64,000 nucleotides of DNA, taken from positions 32,390-96,389 of the forward strand of contig JAUWQI010000001.1 of the NCBI GenBank assembly GCA_030611085.1, in the 5' to 3' direction. This document shows positions 1 through 9,823 of the stretch, piece after piece. Origin of the DNA: Dehalococcoidia bacterium. Its GTDB lineage: Bacteria > Chloroflexota > Dehalococcoidia > GIF9 > AB-539-J10. The notes beneath the pieces were generated by a model. The model worked only from the letters and a program-made list of their open reading frames with translations, was not told where the DNA came from and ran no database searches. Positions within the stretch are counted from its first letter, which is position 1, and the number at the start of each line of letters is the position of its first letter. A program made the position numbers and the translations under genes.

Positions 1-17
1 CACTACGGTTATATGTT

Positions 18-124
18 GCAGGGTCGGGGCTTGTCCCCGACCAAGGTATGAAGCGAGGCTGGCGAAGTCAGCCGAATCAATCTCAAGGTGGAATGGTATA
101 GATTGCTTCGCTTGCAATGGCAGA
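18..124. repeat. REP-like palindrome (GCAG-GGTCGGGGCTTGTCCCCGACC) followed by a degenerate family-A palindromic element
   Basis: Palindrome 18-42 recurs at 50777-50801 and, inverted, at 1261-1285; GATTGCTTCGCTTGCAATGGCA resembles the family-A right end. Confidence 0.75.
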
Positions 125-304
125 GAAAATTGTGCAATGCCTTATGCGGTTAGCTATAAGTATAACTGTAAGCTGATAGCTCCCAGCATTTTTGCTTCTT
201 TAATCGATGTCAAAACAGCGATTCATTAACTTACTATGATAAACTGTGCGAATAGCGGTATGGTGTTTGCATCAAGCTAAGGAATATTAGAAAGGATTTT
301 AGAA

Positions 305-388
305 ATGAACATGAAGTTGTTGATTGGTTTATTAGCTTTAGGCGTGATAGTGCTAGCTGTGGGCTTAGTGTTATTGTTTGCAGGGTAG
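305..388 (+). CDS. Small single-TM protein, 27 aa (MNMKLLIGLLALGVIVLAVGLVLLFAG)
   Basis: Translated by hand; AAAGGA upstream; wholly hydrophobic helix; below the ORF-track cutoff. Confidence 0.45.
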   Translation: MNMKLLIGLLALGVIVLAVGLVLLFAG

Positions 389-420
389 CCTAATCTTTTC
401 CTCGCTTTTTCGCTATAATT

Positions 421-1068
421 ATGGGGATGGATGGCATTTTGTTTGTGGACAAGCCCAAAGGGCTTACTTCATTCCGAGTGGTAGAGCTGATAAAAAAGAA
501 GTTTAAGGTGAAGGCTGGCCATACGGGGACGCTGGACCCTTTAGCTACAGGTTTGCTGATTGTTCTCACTGGCAAGCGTACCAAGGAAGCCTCTTCATTT
601 CTTCACATGGATAAATCTTACGAGGTTGAAGCTACTTTAGGAATGGAAACTGATACTTTTGATTCTGAAGGTGAGGTTTTATGGCGAAATGATAGTGCGG
701 TAACTAGAGAGGAGTTAGAGAGGGTATTAAAGGAATTTCACGGAGATATTTGGCAAACGCCTCCTTCTTTTTCTGCCAAGAAGGTAGGAGGGCACAAAGC
801 TTATGAACTGGCCAGAAAAGGCGTGACTGTGGATATGCCGCCTAAAAAAGTAAGCATTTACTCCTTGGAACTCAAAGAATTTCAGTTTCCTCATTTTGCT
901 TTGACTTGCGATGTGTCCTCTGGCTTCTATGTTAGGAGTCTGGTTCATGATATCGGGGAGAAGTTGGGAGTGGGTGCCATGGTAGAAGGGGTCCGCCGCA
1001 CAAGAGTCGGTCATTACCATGTGGAGCAGGCTAAGAATTTAGAGGAAATTCTGGACTACAAAGTCTAA
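421..1068 (+). CDS. truB: tRNA pseudouridine(55) synthase, short form without C-terminal PUA domain
   Basis: VDKPKGLTS, GHTGTLDPLATG, QTPPSFSAKKVGG and SSGFYVRSL motifs; start may be ATG 427. Confidence 0.95.
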   Translation: MGMDGILFVDKPKGLTSFRVVELIKKKFKVKAGHTGTLDPLATGLLIVLTGKRTKEASSFLHMDKSYEVEATLGMETDTFDSEGEVLWRNDSAVTREELERVLKEFHGDIWQTPPSFSAKKVGGHKAYELARKGVTVDMPPKKVSIYSLELKEFQFPHFALTCDVSSGFYVRSLVHDIGEKLGVGAMVEGVRRTRVGHYHVEQAKNLEEILDYKV

Positions 1069-1120
1069 ACTTTTTATCCCCCGTTTTCGTTATCGTATTT
1101 AGAAGAAGCAAGCTTAGAAA

Positions 1121-1321
1121 TGTAGTTGCCCAATTTATTTTGTGCCTGTGGCACAAATCGAAATTTGAATTTGCCCTTCGGGCAAAGCTAAGCCTGATGA
1201 ATCAGGCAACTACTACTTTGCCTGATTCATCAGGCAATTACAAAGAACGAAGGTGAAACTGGTCGGGGACAAGCCTCGACCCTGCAACATATAAATCGTA
1301 GTGGCGGGGTTTATCCCCGCC
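1121..1321. repeat. Cluster of GTAG-footed REP-like palindromes (family B)
   Basis: GTAGTTGCCCAATTTATT, two GCCTGATnnATCAGGCAA(C/T)TAC, GGTCGGGGACAAGCCTCGACC and GTAGTGGCGGGGTTTATCCCCGCC; same motifs at 16526, 37490, 62944 and 63044. Confidence 0.85.
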
Positions 1322-1399
1322 ATGAGACTCAGAAATGCCTAAAATTGAAGGAAAAATCAAAATTAAACAACCTCTCACAACAACAAGGAGGTTAATTGT

Positions 1400-3226
1400 A
1401 TGGTAAAGATACTGGTCAGAATTTTGTTGCTGACTATTTGCCTAAGCCTGAGCATCATGTCTTTGACGCCGGTAGCCCTGGCTGATAGAGGGATGGTGCC
1501 CATAAGCGATGTCTCAGTTTACGGTCCGGGGCAAAAAGCAATCATTGCCTGGGATGGCGAAGAGGAGATATTGATTCTATCCACCGATGTCAGGGCTAGC
1601 AGTGATAGTCAGGTTCTGGAACTCTTACCCTTACCTTCCAAGCCTGAAATAGAAAAAGGCGATTTCGCTTCCTTTGAACAGGTCGATAAGCTGATTAAAG
1701 AGCATTTTCCCACTCACTTGTGGGATCGATCTAAAGAGGGTGTAGTGGGCCCTCCCGGTGAGGGAGTGGAGATAGTTTTTCATGAAAAGATTGGAGCTCA
1801 TGACATCACCGTAGTCAAAGCTGCTGATTCCAGTGAGCTCGTTCAATGGGCAGAGAAGTTTCTAAAGGATACTGGCATTGAATACCAGGTTTCCTCGCCC
1901 AAGCTTGAATCACTAGTTGGTGATTATATAACCCAAGACATAAATTTCTTCGTTTTTGACCTCATCGAGGTAAGCTCGGAACCCAAGAGCATAGAGCCAA
2001 TCGTGTATCGGTTCGACACTGACTTTCTCTATTATCCCCTTAAGATTTCCACTTTGGCCGAAGGCTGGACGGACATAAACTTGTTTTTACTGACGCCGCA
2101 GCCGTTAAAGCTACATTGGTTACCTGAGGGAAGCGAACTACCACAAGGCATGGAGATAGGTAAGTTCTATGATAAGAATGGGCCTGAGTTTATTCAGTTT
2201 AAGGTGAGCGAGGATGAGCTAATCTCCATTGATGAGAGTCTCGCCAGCCTGATTGGGGGGAATGCCTGGCTTACCGCTATAAGCTATCATGGTGATTTAG
2301 CCGGTTTGACCAAGGATTTGAAGCTATACAAGGTTTCACCGACTCCAGAACTTATTTTCGACTGTTACCAGGGCAAATGTACCTCAGAGCAGAAGTCACA
2401 GGCTGTCATAGGGAATTTCGGCAATACCATCGTCGCTTATGGACTAGCCATTACGCCTACCCCCTGCTATGAACTTGAGGCAAGGTTGCAGACGCCTCCG
2501 CTGACTCATAGTGGCACACCGTACCTAATTGTTGACATCACAGCGCAGGAGAAGCCAGGCTACTGCATCGAATGTCTGGGAGAGGTGCCCTTTAGGGCTA
2601 AAATAGACAACCTGCCTCCAGACAGAAGTTATGATGTCACTATTCGATATCGAGGCAAAATTATCGCTCAGGAAAGTGTCCTTTTACCCCTTTTAAACAT
2701 AGGTCAATACTTTGAACTTCCACCCTATGCCACCCTCTATGTCCGCAGACCTGAAGAAGAATTTAGGCTTTATCTCGAAATTGGCGAACTCACTAGAGAG
2801 CTAGATTCAGGTACAGTTGTTAAAGCCGAGCTCAAGGGAAGTGATATGAAGGTCCATACAGCCTACCTCCGATTTAATGAAATTAATGGGGAGGTAATGA
2901 TTGAGGTCAACGATGTCCCCATGGTAGTCAAAATATCTCCAGGGCGCATGTTAAAAATCGAGCGTTCTTATCTCTTCTTGGAGGCACGTTGCCCGTTGCT
3001 GGTGCAGGTGATGCCAGATGAAGCGGCGGGTAATTTCAAGGCGGAGCCAGAATACCTGGAGCTCAGGGATGTCGATAGCAAGGTAGTATACGAATATAAA
3101 GGCATAAGCTACAAAAAACTCTTAAGATTAGTGCCCATAGAAATAAAGATAGAAGCGCAGGTAGACGCCGCCACCGGTGAAATAATCAAGCAGCAGAAGC
3201 CCTGGTGGGTGGGTTTTTGCTGGTGA
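1400..3226 (+). CDS. Secreted DUF2330-like protein with C-terminal PepSY-like segment
   Basis: Signal peptide; QKAIIAWDGEEEILILSTDV and LYYPLKIS resemble DUF2330; C-terminal VDAATGEII; AAGGAGG RBS. Confidence 0.7.
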   Translation: MVKILVRILLLTICLSLSIMSLTPVALADRGMVPISDVSVYGPGQKAIIAWDGEEEILILSTDVRASSDSQVLELLPLPSKPEIEKGDFASFEQVDKLIKEHFPTHLWDRSKEGVVGPPGEGVEIVFHEKIGAHDITVVKAADSSELVQWAEKFLKDTGIEYQVSSPKLESLVGDYITQDINFFVFDLIEVSSEPKSIEPIVYRFDTDFLYYPLKISTLAEGWTDINLFLLTPQPLKLHWLPEGSELPQGMEIGKFYDKNGPEFIQFKVSEDELISIDESLASLIGGNAWLTAISYHGDLAGLTKDLKLYKVSPTPELIFDCYQGKCTSEQKSQAVIGNFGNTIVAYGLAITPTPCYELEARLQTPPLTHSGTPYLIVDITAQEKPGYCIECLGEVPFRAKIDNLPPDRSYDVTIRYRGKIIAQESVLLPLLNIGQYFELPPYATLYVRRPEEEFRLYLEIGELTRELDSGTVVKAELKGSDMKVHTAYLRFNEINGEVMIEVNDVPMVVKISPGRMLKIERSYLFLEARCPLLVQVMPDEAAGNFKAEPEYLELRDVDSKVVYEYKGISYKKLLRLVPIEIKIEAQVDAATGEIIKQQKPWWVGFCW

Positions 3227-3310
3227 AGAGTATGGGTAACTCAAAAAATTCCTGGTGGAGAGGTAAACATTTTTGCGATTATTTCGTTTTTAATATTGGA
3301 TGGTGTTTAA

Positions 3311-3376
3311 CTGTCACCCTGAACGGAGTGAAGAGTCTCTAGATTCTTCGGTCGCTTCGCTCCCTCAGAACGACAA
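3311..3376. repeat. Family-A palindromic element (TGTCAC/T...GAAG..TCT...GACA)
   Basis: TGTCACCCTGAACGGAGTGAAGAGTCT...AGATTCTTCGGTCGCTTCGCTCCCTCAGAACGACA. Confidence 0.85.
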
Positions 3377-3409
3377 AGAAAATTATGCCCTATATTAGTA
3401 GAACGAATT

Positions 3410-3691
3410 ATGAAGATTCTGCGGATGTTGAAAACCTTGATAACTGCCAAAGGCATGCTGGTGCTTCTCTTGGGTAGAGAGGTTACTATGCCCGATGGCG
3501 CTAGCTTAGGGGTAGTCATTGGTATCAAAAAAGAACTATCGCAGGATAAAATATGGATGATGGTTGATAAGCAAGGTCAGGAGATGATGATTCCAATTGA
3601 GCAAATTGCCAGTGTGACCAATAAAGTGGTTCTCTTCGGCGATTCTTCATTGGCTAACTCAGCGATGAACGGAGGCCAATGTGTTTTCTAA
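3410..3691 (+). CDS. PRC-barrel-like small protein
   Basis: LLGREVTMPDGASLGVV...IPIEQIASVTNKVVL fits the PRC-barrel pattern. Confidence 0.6.
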   Translation: MKILRMLKTLITAKGMLVLLLGREVTMPDGASLGVVIGIKKELSQDKIWMMVDKQGQEMMIPIEQIASVTNKVVLFGDSSLANSAMNGGQCVF

Positions 3692-3724
3692 CCGAGGAAA
3701 GATTGTGTTAATAGAGGAGTCAAG

Positions 3725-6142
3725 ATGAAAATTGAGAGAGCTTTGATTTCTGTACTTTTAGTGGCTACCGTTCTGATTACCGGCTGTGGAACTGCTCAGC
3801 CACCCATATCCTCCGAGTTTACTATACCTTCGGTAGCTGGGAATGAGGTATCAAACCCCAAACTTGTTATGGGGAGCTGCTATAAGCCTGGAGATGTTTC
3901 TATGTCTCCTAACGCTCCTTCCTATCTATTGCCTCTGGATTTAGGTGAAATAACAAACTTGGGGAAGGTAGAATCGGAGTTTGGACTGAATGAAAGCCAA
4001 AAGCAGCTTCTGGAGAAAAATGGTTTTGTCGTTATTCCCTGGCATGGTGATGACATTGTCCAGCCTTATAAGACGCTTAAGGAGCAAGAAATTCCCATCT
4101 TTGTTACCTCGGATACTTTACTTCACTTATATCATATCCAGTTCAATGAAATCTTAAAACGCCTTGAGGAGGAAGAGTTTTTTGATGAGCTAATCGATAC
4201 GAGCTTGGCGATGATGGAAAGGGCAGAGCAGGATTACGAATCCTTCGCCGATGCTGACCTGAAGGAGGCTGCGAGAAGAAATGTGGCTTATTTCACCGTG
4301 GCTCTGAAGCTCCTGCAGACGCCGACCGGGGGATATGATGAAGCAAAGGTTAAACAGGAAATCGAGAAATGGAATAAAGAGCATCCCTGGGACAAGAAGG
4401 AGTTCAAGCCATTAAAGAAAGTTGATTTTGCTATCCCTAAGTATGTGGCGGATGAAGTTGACAAAGAAATTGAAAACATCGAAGCACACAAAGGCTTCAA
4501 GCCCAGTGCCATATTTAATTCGGAGAAAGATTGTGCCTGTGGATATCCCTGCTGCTATTGCGAGGACTACTCCCAGTATGTTCCCAGGGGGCATTACACC
4601 AGGAGCGAGGTGCTTAAAAGGTATTTCAAAGCGGCGATGTGGTATGGCAGGATGGCTTTCCTGCTCAAGGGTGGGGAGGGAGATGAATGTATGCAGCCAG
4701 AAGGGCCTTTGGTTAGTGAGAAAGATGCCAAAATAGCTACCATTCAAGCCGCGCTTATTTCAGCAGAACTGTCCCTTGTGTCATTGCGAGCGGAGCGAAG
4801 CAATCCCACCACGGTTTGGGAAATATGGAACAGAATTTACTCCGTCACTTCATTCTTTGTGGGCACCGCCGATGACCTGACACCCTACGAATACCTGGAT
4901 GCTATAGAGAAGGTTTTTGGCACCAGCTTTGATGTCAGTCAGCTTGCTAACGAGGAAGAACTGCTCAAGCTTAAAGCTGAGCTAGCTCAAATGAGGAATC
5001 CTGAAATCTATGGCGGCTCTGGCATTTGCGTTATCGCTCCCCCGGTAACTAAAGAAAAGCTCTACGAGTGCCTGGCTAAGACAAAGGGGATGAGATTCAT
5101 GGGGCAGAGGTTTATCCCCGACTCATATATGTTTCAGAATCTGATCTTTCCCACTGTGGGTAATTATGTGGGCAAGGATGAGCCATTTACCATGAAGATG
5201 ACTATACTCGGTCCTCAGAGATGCTTCCCCCGAGGATTAGATGTCATGGGAGTTTTGGGCTCTGAGCGGGCTTATGAGATATTGAAGGCCGAAGGCGATA
5301 CCGAATACCAGGGGAAAGACACCAGTTATGATAAGCAGCTAGGCGAGCTTAGAAAGGAATTTGGTGCTTTTACTGAGGAAGACTGGAATCATAATCTTTA
5401 TTGGAGTTGGCTTTATGCCTTGAAGCCGCTGCTTGAGAATTTCAACCAAGGTTATCCCGCCTTTATGCAAACCGAGGCATGGCAGGATAAGGAACTGCAA
5501 ACTGCCTTAGCATCCTGGACTGAGCTTCGGCATGACACCATTCTATATGCCAAGCAAAGCTATACTCCAGCGGCAACAGCGATGCCACCTCAGCCAAAAC
5601 CTGTGGTGGGCTATGTCGAACCCATTCCTGAGTTTTATTCCCGCATGCTGGCACTCACCACAATGACAAAAAATGGGCTAGCCCAGCTCGATGCCTTAAG
5701 CGACAAGGAGAAGTCGAGACTGGAGAGATTGGAAGGCATTCTGGAGAGGTTAATCCAAATCTCCAAAGATGAGTTAGAAGGCAAAGAACTAAGCAAAGAG
5801 GATTATGGATTCATCAGGAATTTTGGTGGGCAGCTCAATTCTATAGTCGCTGGTGTTGAGGCTAAAGGCAAGGAAACCACCCTTGTTGCTGATGTTCATA
5901 CTGATACTAACTCACCAATGGAAGTCTTGGAAGAAGGGGTGGGTTATGTTGACCTTGCCTTAGTGGCTTATAAAGTTCCCGATGGCAGGATTATCCTTGG
6001 CGCTGGCCCCACGCTTAGCTACTATGAGTTCAAACAGCTTATGGAGCAAGGAAGATTGACTGATGAGCAGTGGAAGGAGATGCTAGAGCAAGGGCAACAG
6101 CCTCCAAGGCCAGATTGGATAGATAGCTTCTATGCTGGCTAG
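3725..6142 (+). CDS. DUF3160-family lipoprotein
   Basis: Lipobox LITGC; DYSQYVPRGHYT, FMGQRFIPDSY, LASWTELRHDTILYAKQSY and VADVHTD motifs. Confidence 0.9.
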   Translation: MKIERALISVLLVATVLITGCGTAQPPISSEFTIPSVAGNEVSNPKLVMGSCYKPGDVSMSPNAPSYLLPLDLGEITNLGKVESEFGLNESQKQLLEKNGFVVIPWHGDDIVQPYKTLKEQEIPIFVTSDTLLHLYHIQFNEILKRLEEEEFFDELIDTSLAMMERAEQDYESFADADLKEAARRNVAYFTVALKLLQTPTGGYDEAKVKQEIEKWNKEHPWDKKEFKPLKKVDFAIPKYVADEVDKEIENIEAHKGFKPSAIFNSEKDCACGYPCCYCEDYSQYVPRGHYTRSEVLKRYFKAAMWYGRMAFLLKGGEGDECMQPEGPLVSEKDAKIATIQAALISAELSLVSLRAERSNPTTVWEIWNRIYSVTSFFVGTADDLTPYEYLDAIEKVFGTSFDVSQLANEEELLKLKAELAQMRNPEIYGGSGICVIAPPVTKEKLYECLAKTKGMRFMGQRFIPDSYMFQNLIFPTVGNYVGKDEPFTMKMTILGPQRCFPRGLDVMGVLGSERAYEILKAEGDTEYQGKDTSYDKQLGELRKEFGAFTEEDWNHNLYWSWLYALKPLLENFNQGYPAFMQTEAWQDKELQTALASWTELRHDTILYAKQSYTPAATAMPPQPKPVVGYVEPIPEFYSRMLALTTMTKNGLAQLDALSDKEKSRLERLEGILERLIQISKDELEGKELSKEDYGFIRNFGGQLNSIVAGVEAKGKETTLVADVHTDTNSPMEVLEEGVGYVDLALVAYKVPDGRIILGAGPTLSYYEFKQLMEQGRLTDEQWKEMLEQGQQPPRPDWIDSFYAG
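4779..4807. repeat. Family-A half element inserted in frame in the DUF3160 gene (VSLRAERSNP)
   Basis: TGTCATTGCGAGCGGAGCGAAGCAATCCC is nearly identical to the intergenic copy at 13561-13589. Confidence 0.85.
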
Positions 6143-6158
6143 CGGGTGTTTAAGCAAT

Positions 6159-6204
6159 GTAGTGCGAGGCTTTAGCCTCGTGCACGACCCTAAGGTCGCA
6201 CTAC
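6159..6204. repeat. GTAG-footed REP doublet between convergent genes
   Basis: GTAGTGCGAGGCTTTAGCCTCGTGCACGACCCTAAGGTCGCACTAC; supplies the TAG stop of ORF 6201-7100. Confidence 0.8.
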
Positions 6205-7100
6205 GAAATCAACTCGGCAATTGTGTCGCTGCCACTATCTAGAGGGTAATATTTGAGCACTGCGCCATGTTTTGGGTCTGGTCCTACTTCCAACATAGTC
6301 TTGTCTACAGCCTGCGCTATAGTTAATTTGTCAGAAGCACATAGGTGGTGGAGCAGTCTCATAGAGGCATGGTCAACATATTCCAAATCCACTGTAGCAT
6401 CCCAGGCAAGATAAACCGAGGCTCCTTTACCAACAAACGATTGGGCTAAATCATCAAGTCGAAGGCAAGAGCAACCAGTTATGATTATGACTGCGTTATC
6501 GAACTGCTCCTGCATACTGTTGGAGATGAATTTTGGGGTAATACCGAAGAAAAGTGAGCCGTTCCCTTCCCATACTTCCACTATCAGAAGTTCTTCATTT
6601 ATCTGTTCTCTAAAATGCCCCGCTTTACTATATGGCTCGTTGGTGAATAAGGCGGTTGTATGCATTAGTGGTTCATCCTCAGCTCTCATGAGCCCAGAAT
6701 GAGTTCGGAAGATGATTAACTTATATCCATAGCGCGGCAAATTCTGATAAAGGTCCACTGTGACATCGCCGCCTTGATAAACATCCACACCGAAGCCATA
6801 ATCTTCGAGCTCCTGAGTTACCTTAGCGGTGAAATCCTCGTTGAGGTAATTGGTATAAAGCTGGTCGACTATAGCTGCCCTTAGGTTTTGCTGACTAACC
6901 GGGTTGGCAGAGTGGGAAGTAAGCAAAAAAATGGCAGCAAAGGCAGCAATAAATAAAACCACAGTAACCCATAACCAAGGGAAACCTCTCTTTGGGAACT
7001 TTCCTTTAAGTTGTTTCCCATTCATGGGCTTGGCCAATGTAAATCTTGTGGCGTAGATTATGAAGAGATTTCTTAAGAGTCCCCGCCAAGCAAATTTCAC
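6201..7100 (-). CDS. Membrane-anchored hypothetical protein (alpha/beta fold; RTHSG and TGCS motifs)
   Basis: N-terminal TM helix; His...Cys spacing reminiscent of caspase/gingipain-like folds (inference); start probably ATG 7025. Confidence 0.6.
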   Translation of the reverse strand: MKFAWRGLLRNLFIIYATRFTLAKPMNGKQLKGKFPKRGFPWLWVTVVLFIAAFAAIFLLTSHSANPVSQQNLRAAIVDQLYTNYLNEDFTAKVTQELEDYGFGVDVYQGGDVTVDLYQNLPRYGYKLIIFRTHSGLMRAEDEPLMHTTALFTNEPYSKAGHFREQINEELLIVEVWEGNGSLFFGITPKFISNSMQEQFDNAVIIITGCSCLRLDDLAQSFVGKGASVYLAWDATVDLEYVDHASMRLLHHLCASDKLTIAQAVDKTMLEVGPDPKHGAVLKYYPLDSGSDTIAELIS

Positions 7101-7225
7101 AAGCTAAATCCCCGCAATTGTAGCAAGTCTAACGCACTAATACTACTTAGATTAGCAACCTCACCCTGAAACAAGGAGGGCAGGTCTTATTAACGGCTTG
7201 CCCCCCTTTCTTACTAAGGCTCGAT

Positions 7226-7324
7226 TTAGCCCTGCACCCTGCGGCGTCTCATAAATATGATAACTCCAGCTATACTAGCTACAAGCAAAGCAATCCAGGG
7301 TACTCGAATAGCAACTTTTTTCAC
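7226..7324 (-). CDS. 32-aa ORF resembling an orphan C-terminal membrane anchor/sorting signal
   Basis: Translated by hand: (EGAYP)VKKVAIRVPWIALLVASIAGVIIFMRRRRVQG; TM helix plus basic tail; GTG start with GAGGGG upstream. Confidence 0.4.
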   Translation of the reverse strand: MKKVAIRVPWIALLVASIAGVIIFMRRRRVQG

Positions 7325-7477
7325 GGGATAAGCCCCCTCTTTATTTCCTTACAAACATGCCCCATATTTATACCTCAATGCTAGATTATGCTACCTTAAA
7401 TAAAATAAGCAATAAGATTAAGAGACCATGGAGTATAATATCAGTCAGAAATAACACTGGGAGTTTACAAAGAGGCA

Positions 7478-9166
7478 ATGGAAGAATCTAGGCTGATAAT
7501 CGACCTGGCGATAGCTTTTGGGGCTGCTTTGGGCGGCGGTCTAATTGCCAGATTGCTAAGGCAGCCTGCGATTCTGGGTTATCTTGTAGCAGGCATTGTC
7601 ATTGGTCCATATGTACTAGGCTTGGTTCAGAGCACCGATAACATTCAGCTTCTAGCTAGCATTGGTGTGGTGCTGCTTCTTTTCACCTTGGGGATAGAGT
7701 TCTCTTTCCACGAACTAAAACGGATAAGGAATGTAGCTATCTTTGGTGGCATTGCCCAGTTGGTAGTAACAACTGCCCTGGGGATGTTTATCGCTATGTT
7801 CTTATTGGGGCAGAGCCTTCATGAGGCGATAGTCTTTGGTTTTCTGATTGCCTTAAGCAGCACTATGGTGGTAATCGGGATGCTGTTTGACAGAGGTGAG
7901 ACAAATTCAGTGCATGGGCGTGTGATGATAGGCATACTGTTATTACAGGATATTGCTGCCGCCTTTGCTATGTTTATCCTGCCAGCGTTAGGAGCAGGCA
8001 ACGGGAGTTTACTACCCACGCTGGGTGTAGCTTTTCTCAAAGCTGGAGTGTTCATTGCATTGGTGTTAGTTACTGGCATCTGGTTGATACCCCGAATATT
8101 GCGACGTGTAGCCCTGCGCCAGTCTAGAGAGTTATTCGTCATCTCCATCGCAGCATTGTGCTTGGGAAGCGCATTTGCTGCTTACTACTTTGGCTTATCT
8201 GCAGCCTTAGGTGCTTTTGCTGTTGGTCTCATGGTCAGTGAGTCTGACTTCGCGCACCAAGCGCTTGGCGATATAGTGCCGCTGCGTGATTTGTTTGCGG
8301 CGCTTTTCTTTGTATCAGTTGGCATGCTCATAGATTTGCCTTTTCTGGCAGCTAACATTATTCCCCTACTAACGCTGGTTGCGGCTATTATTTTAGGTAA
8401 GTTTGCCATCTGCTCCGGCGTTACTCGTGTATTCGGCTATCGGGGTAAAACAGTGCCGCTGGTGGGTGCTGGCATGACACAAGTTGGAGAATTCAGTTTT
8501 GTGCTGGCAGAGTTGTGCCTGGGAGCCAGCGTAATCACCGGATATACCTATTCAATGATACTTGGGAGTGCTCTTATCACCATAGTGCTCACGCCACCTA
8601 TTTTTGCCTTGACCACTAAGCTCTGTGTCAGACGAAGGGAAGCTGTACAAGTCACCAGTGGGGGTAAGGAACAACCTGATATAGAAGCTCCGTCCTCATC
8701 AAACCATGTAATCATTTGTGGGCATGGTCGTGTTGGTAGCAATGTGGCTCGGATTCTGGGGCAGTTGGCCATTCCATATGTGGTTACCGACCTCGACCCC
8801 AAAACTATCTCTGAACTTCGGGAGAGGGAAATTCCCTGCGTTTACGGCGATGCTGGCAACCAGAAGGTGCTCTACGAGGCGGGGATTGAGAATGCTACAT
8901 CTCTAATTCTTGCTATTCCTGACCCGGTGGCGGTAAGGCTTGCTCTTGACCATGCTCGGAGAATCAATCCAAAGCTAGATATAATTGCTCGTGCCCATAG
9001 TGATTCCGAGCTTGAGTTTTTACAAAGTAGGGATGTTTCCGAGGTAGTTCGACCCGAAACGGAGGCTGGCATAGAAATCGTGCGGCATATCTTGTGTCGC
9101 TTGGGCGTGTCTGAGGCTACTGTAGAGGAAATTATGTCTAATCAGAGAAGAATATGCCCCATGTAA
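7478..9166 (+). CDS. CPA2 cation:proton antiporter (KefB/YbaL-like) with TrkA-N domain
   Basis: Multiple TM segments, LSSTMVV, ALGAFAVG; C-terminal HVIICGHGRVG. Confidence 0.92.
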   Translation: MEESRLIIDLAIAFGAALGGGLIARLLRQPAILGYLVAGIVIGPYVLGLVQSTDNIQLLASIGVVLLLFTLGIEFSFHELKRIRNVAIFGGIAQLVVTTALGMFIAMFLLGQSLHEAIVFGFLIALSSTMVVIGMLFDRGETNSVHGRVMIGILLLQDIAAAFAMFILPALGAGNGSLLPTLGVAFLKAGVFIALVLVTGIWLIPRILRRVALRQSRELFVISIAALCLGSAFAAYYFGLSAALGAFAVGLMVSESDFAHQALGDIVPLRDLFAALFFVSVGMLIDLPFLAANIIPLLTLVAAIILGKFAICSGVTRVFGYRGKTVPLVGAGMTQVGEFSFVLAELCLGASVITGYTYSMILGSALITIVLTPPIFALTTKLCVRRREAVQVTSGGKEQPDIEAPSSSNHVIICGHGRVGSNVARILGQLAIPYVVTDLDPKTISELREREIPCVYGDAGNQKVLYEAGIENATSLILAIPDPVAVRLALDHARRINPKLDIIARAHSDSELEFLQSRDVSEVVRPETEAGIEIVRHILCRLGVSEATVEEIMSNQRRICPM

Positions 9167-9169
9167 GTT

Positions 9170-9613
9170 TTAATATCCTTGAAACAGTCTCTTAACTTTA
9201 TCCATGAAGGATTTGGAGCCTGCTTTCTTAAGGAAGCTTCCCCATTCCGCTTCGGCGGCAGCTTTCCGCTTCAGGTCTTTCCTCGTCTGCTGCATTAACT
9301 CAAGAACTCGTTTTTCCTCGCCGGCATCGAGCCAGAAGCCATGTCCTTCAGGACAAAAATCAAGCTCTAAATCATAGTAGGCGCGATAATCAAAAGCTGT
9401 CATTGGTTTGTTGCACCTGGGGCATAGAAGTTCACTGGTTCGAGGACTATAGACCATCGTTCCTTTGAGTTCATCGGCATTGAAGACAGTGTCTTCAAGT
9501 TGGTCAAGCTCAGGATAGTCCAACCACATGCCCTGGCAATTGGGACATCTGTCAACTTCAATTCCTTTGTATTGCTCTATTTTTAATTCAATGTTGCATC
9601 GTGGGCAATTCAT
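9170..9613 (-). CDS. Tandem zf-TFIIB zinc-ribbon protein
   Basis: CPRC...DRCPNCQGMWLD and CPRC...DFCPEGHGFWLDAGE. Confidence 0.85.
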   Translation of the reverse strand: MNCPRCNIELKIEQYKGIEVDRCPNCQGMWLDYPELDQLEDTVFNADELKGTMVYSPRTSELLCPRCNKPMTAFDYRAYYDLELDFCPEGHGFWLDAGEEKRVLELMQQTRKDLKRKAAAEAEWGSFLKKAGSKSFMDKVKRLFQGY

Positions 9614-9659
9614 ATTTCTGTTCTCTCCTCCTGCTTTTAAAGTTATTTAACAATCCACT

Positions 9660-9753
9660 TGTCATTCTGAGGGAGTGAAGCAACCGAAGAATCTCCGCTC
9701 AGGGTAAACTCCGCGAAGAATCTGGAGCCCCTGCGCTAGTACTCAGGGTGACA
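9660..9753. repeat. Family-A palindromic element
   Basis: TGTCATTCTGAGGGAGTGAAGCAACCGAAGAATCT...CTCAGGGTGACA; followed by TAAACACTCT (TIR-like). Confidence 0.85.
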
Positions 9754-9823
9754 ATTAAACACTCTGCTTGTTTGATTATACAAGATTATTGTATTATAGA
9801 GCAAAGCTTGCTTGAGGTGATTA

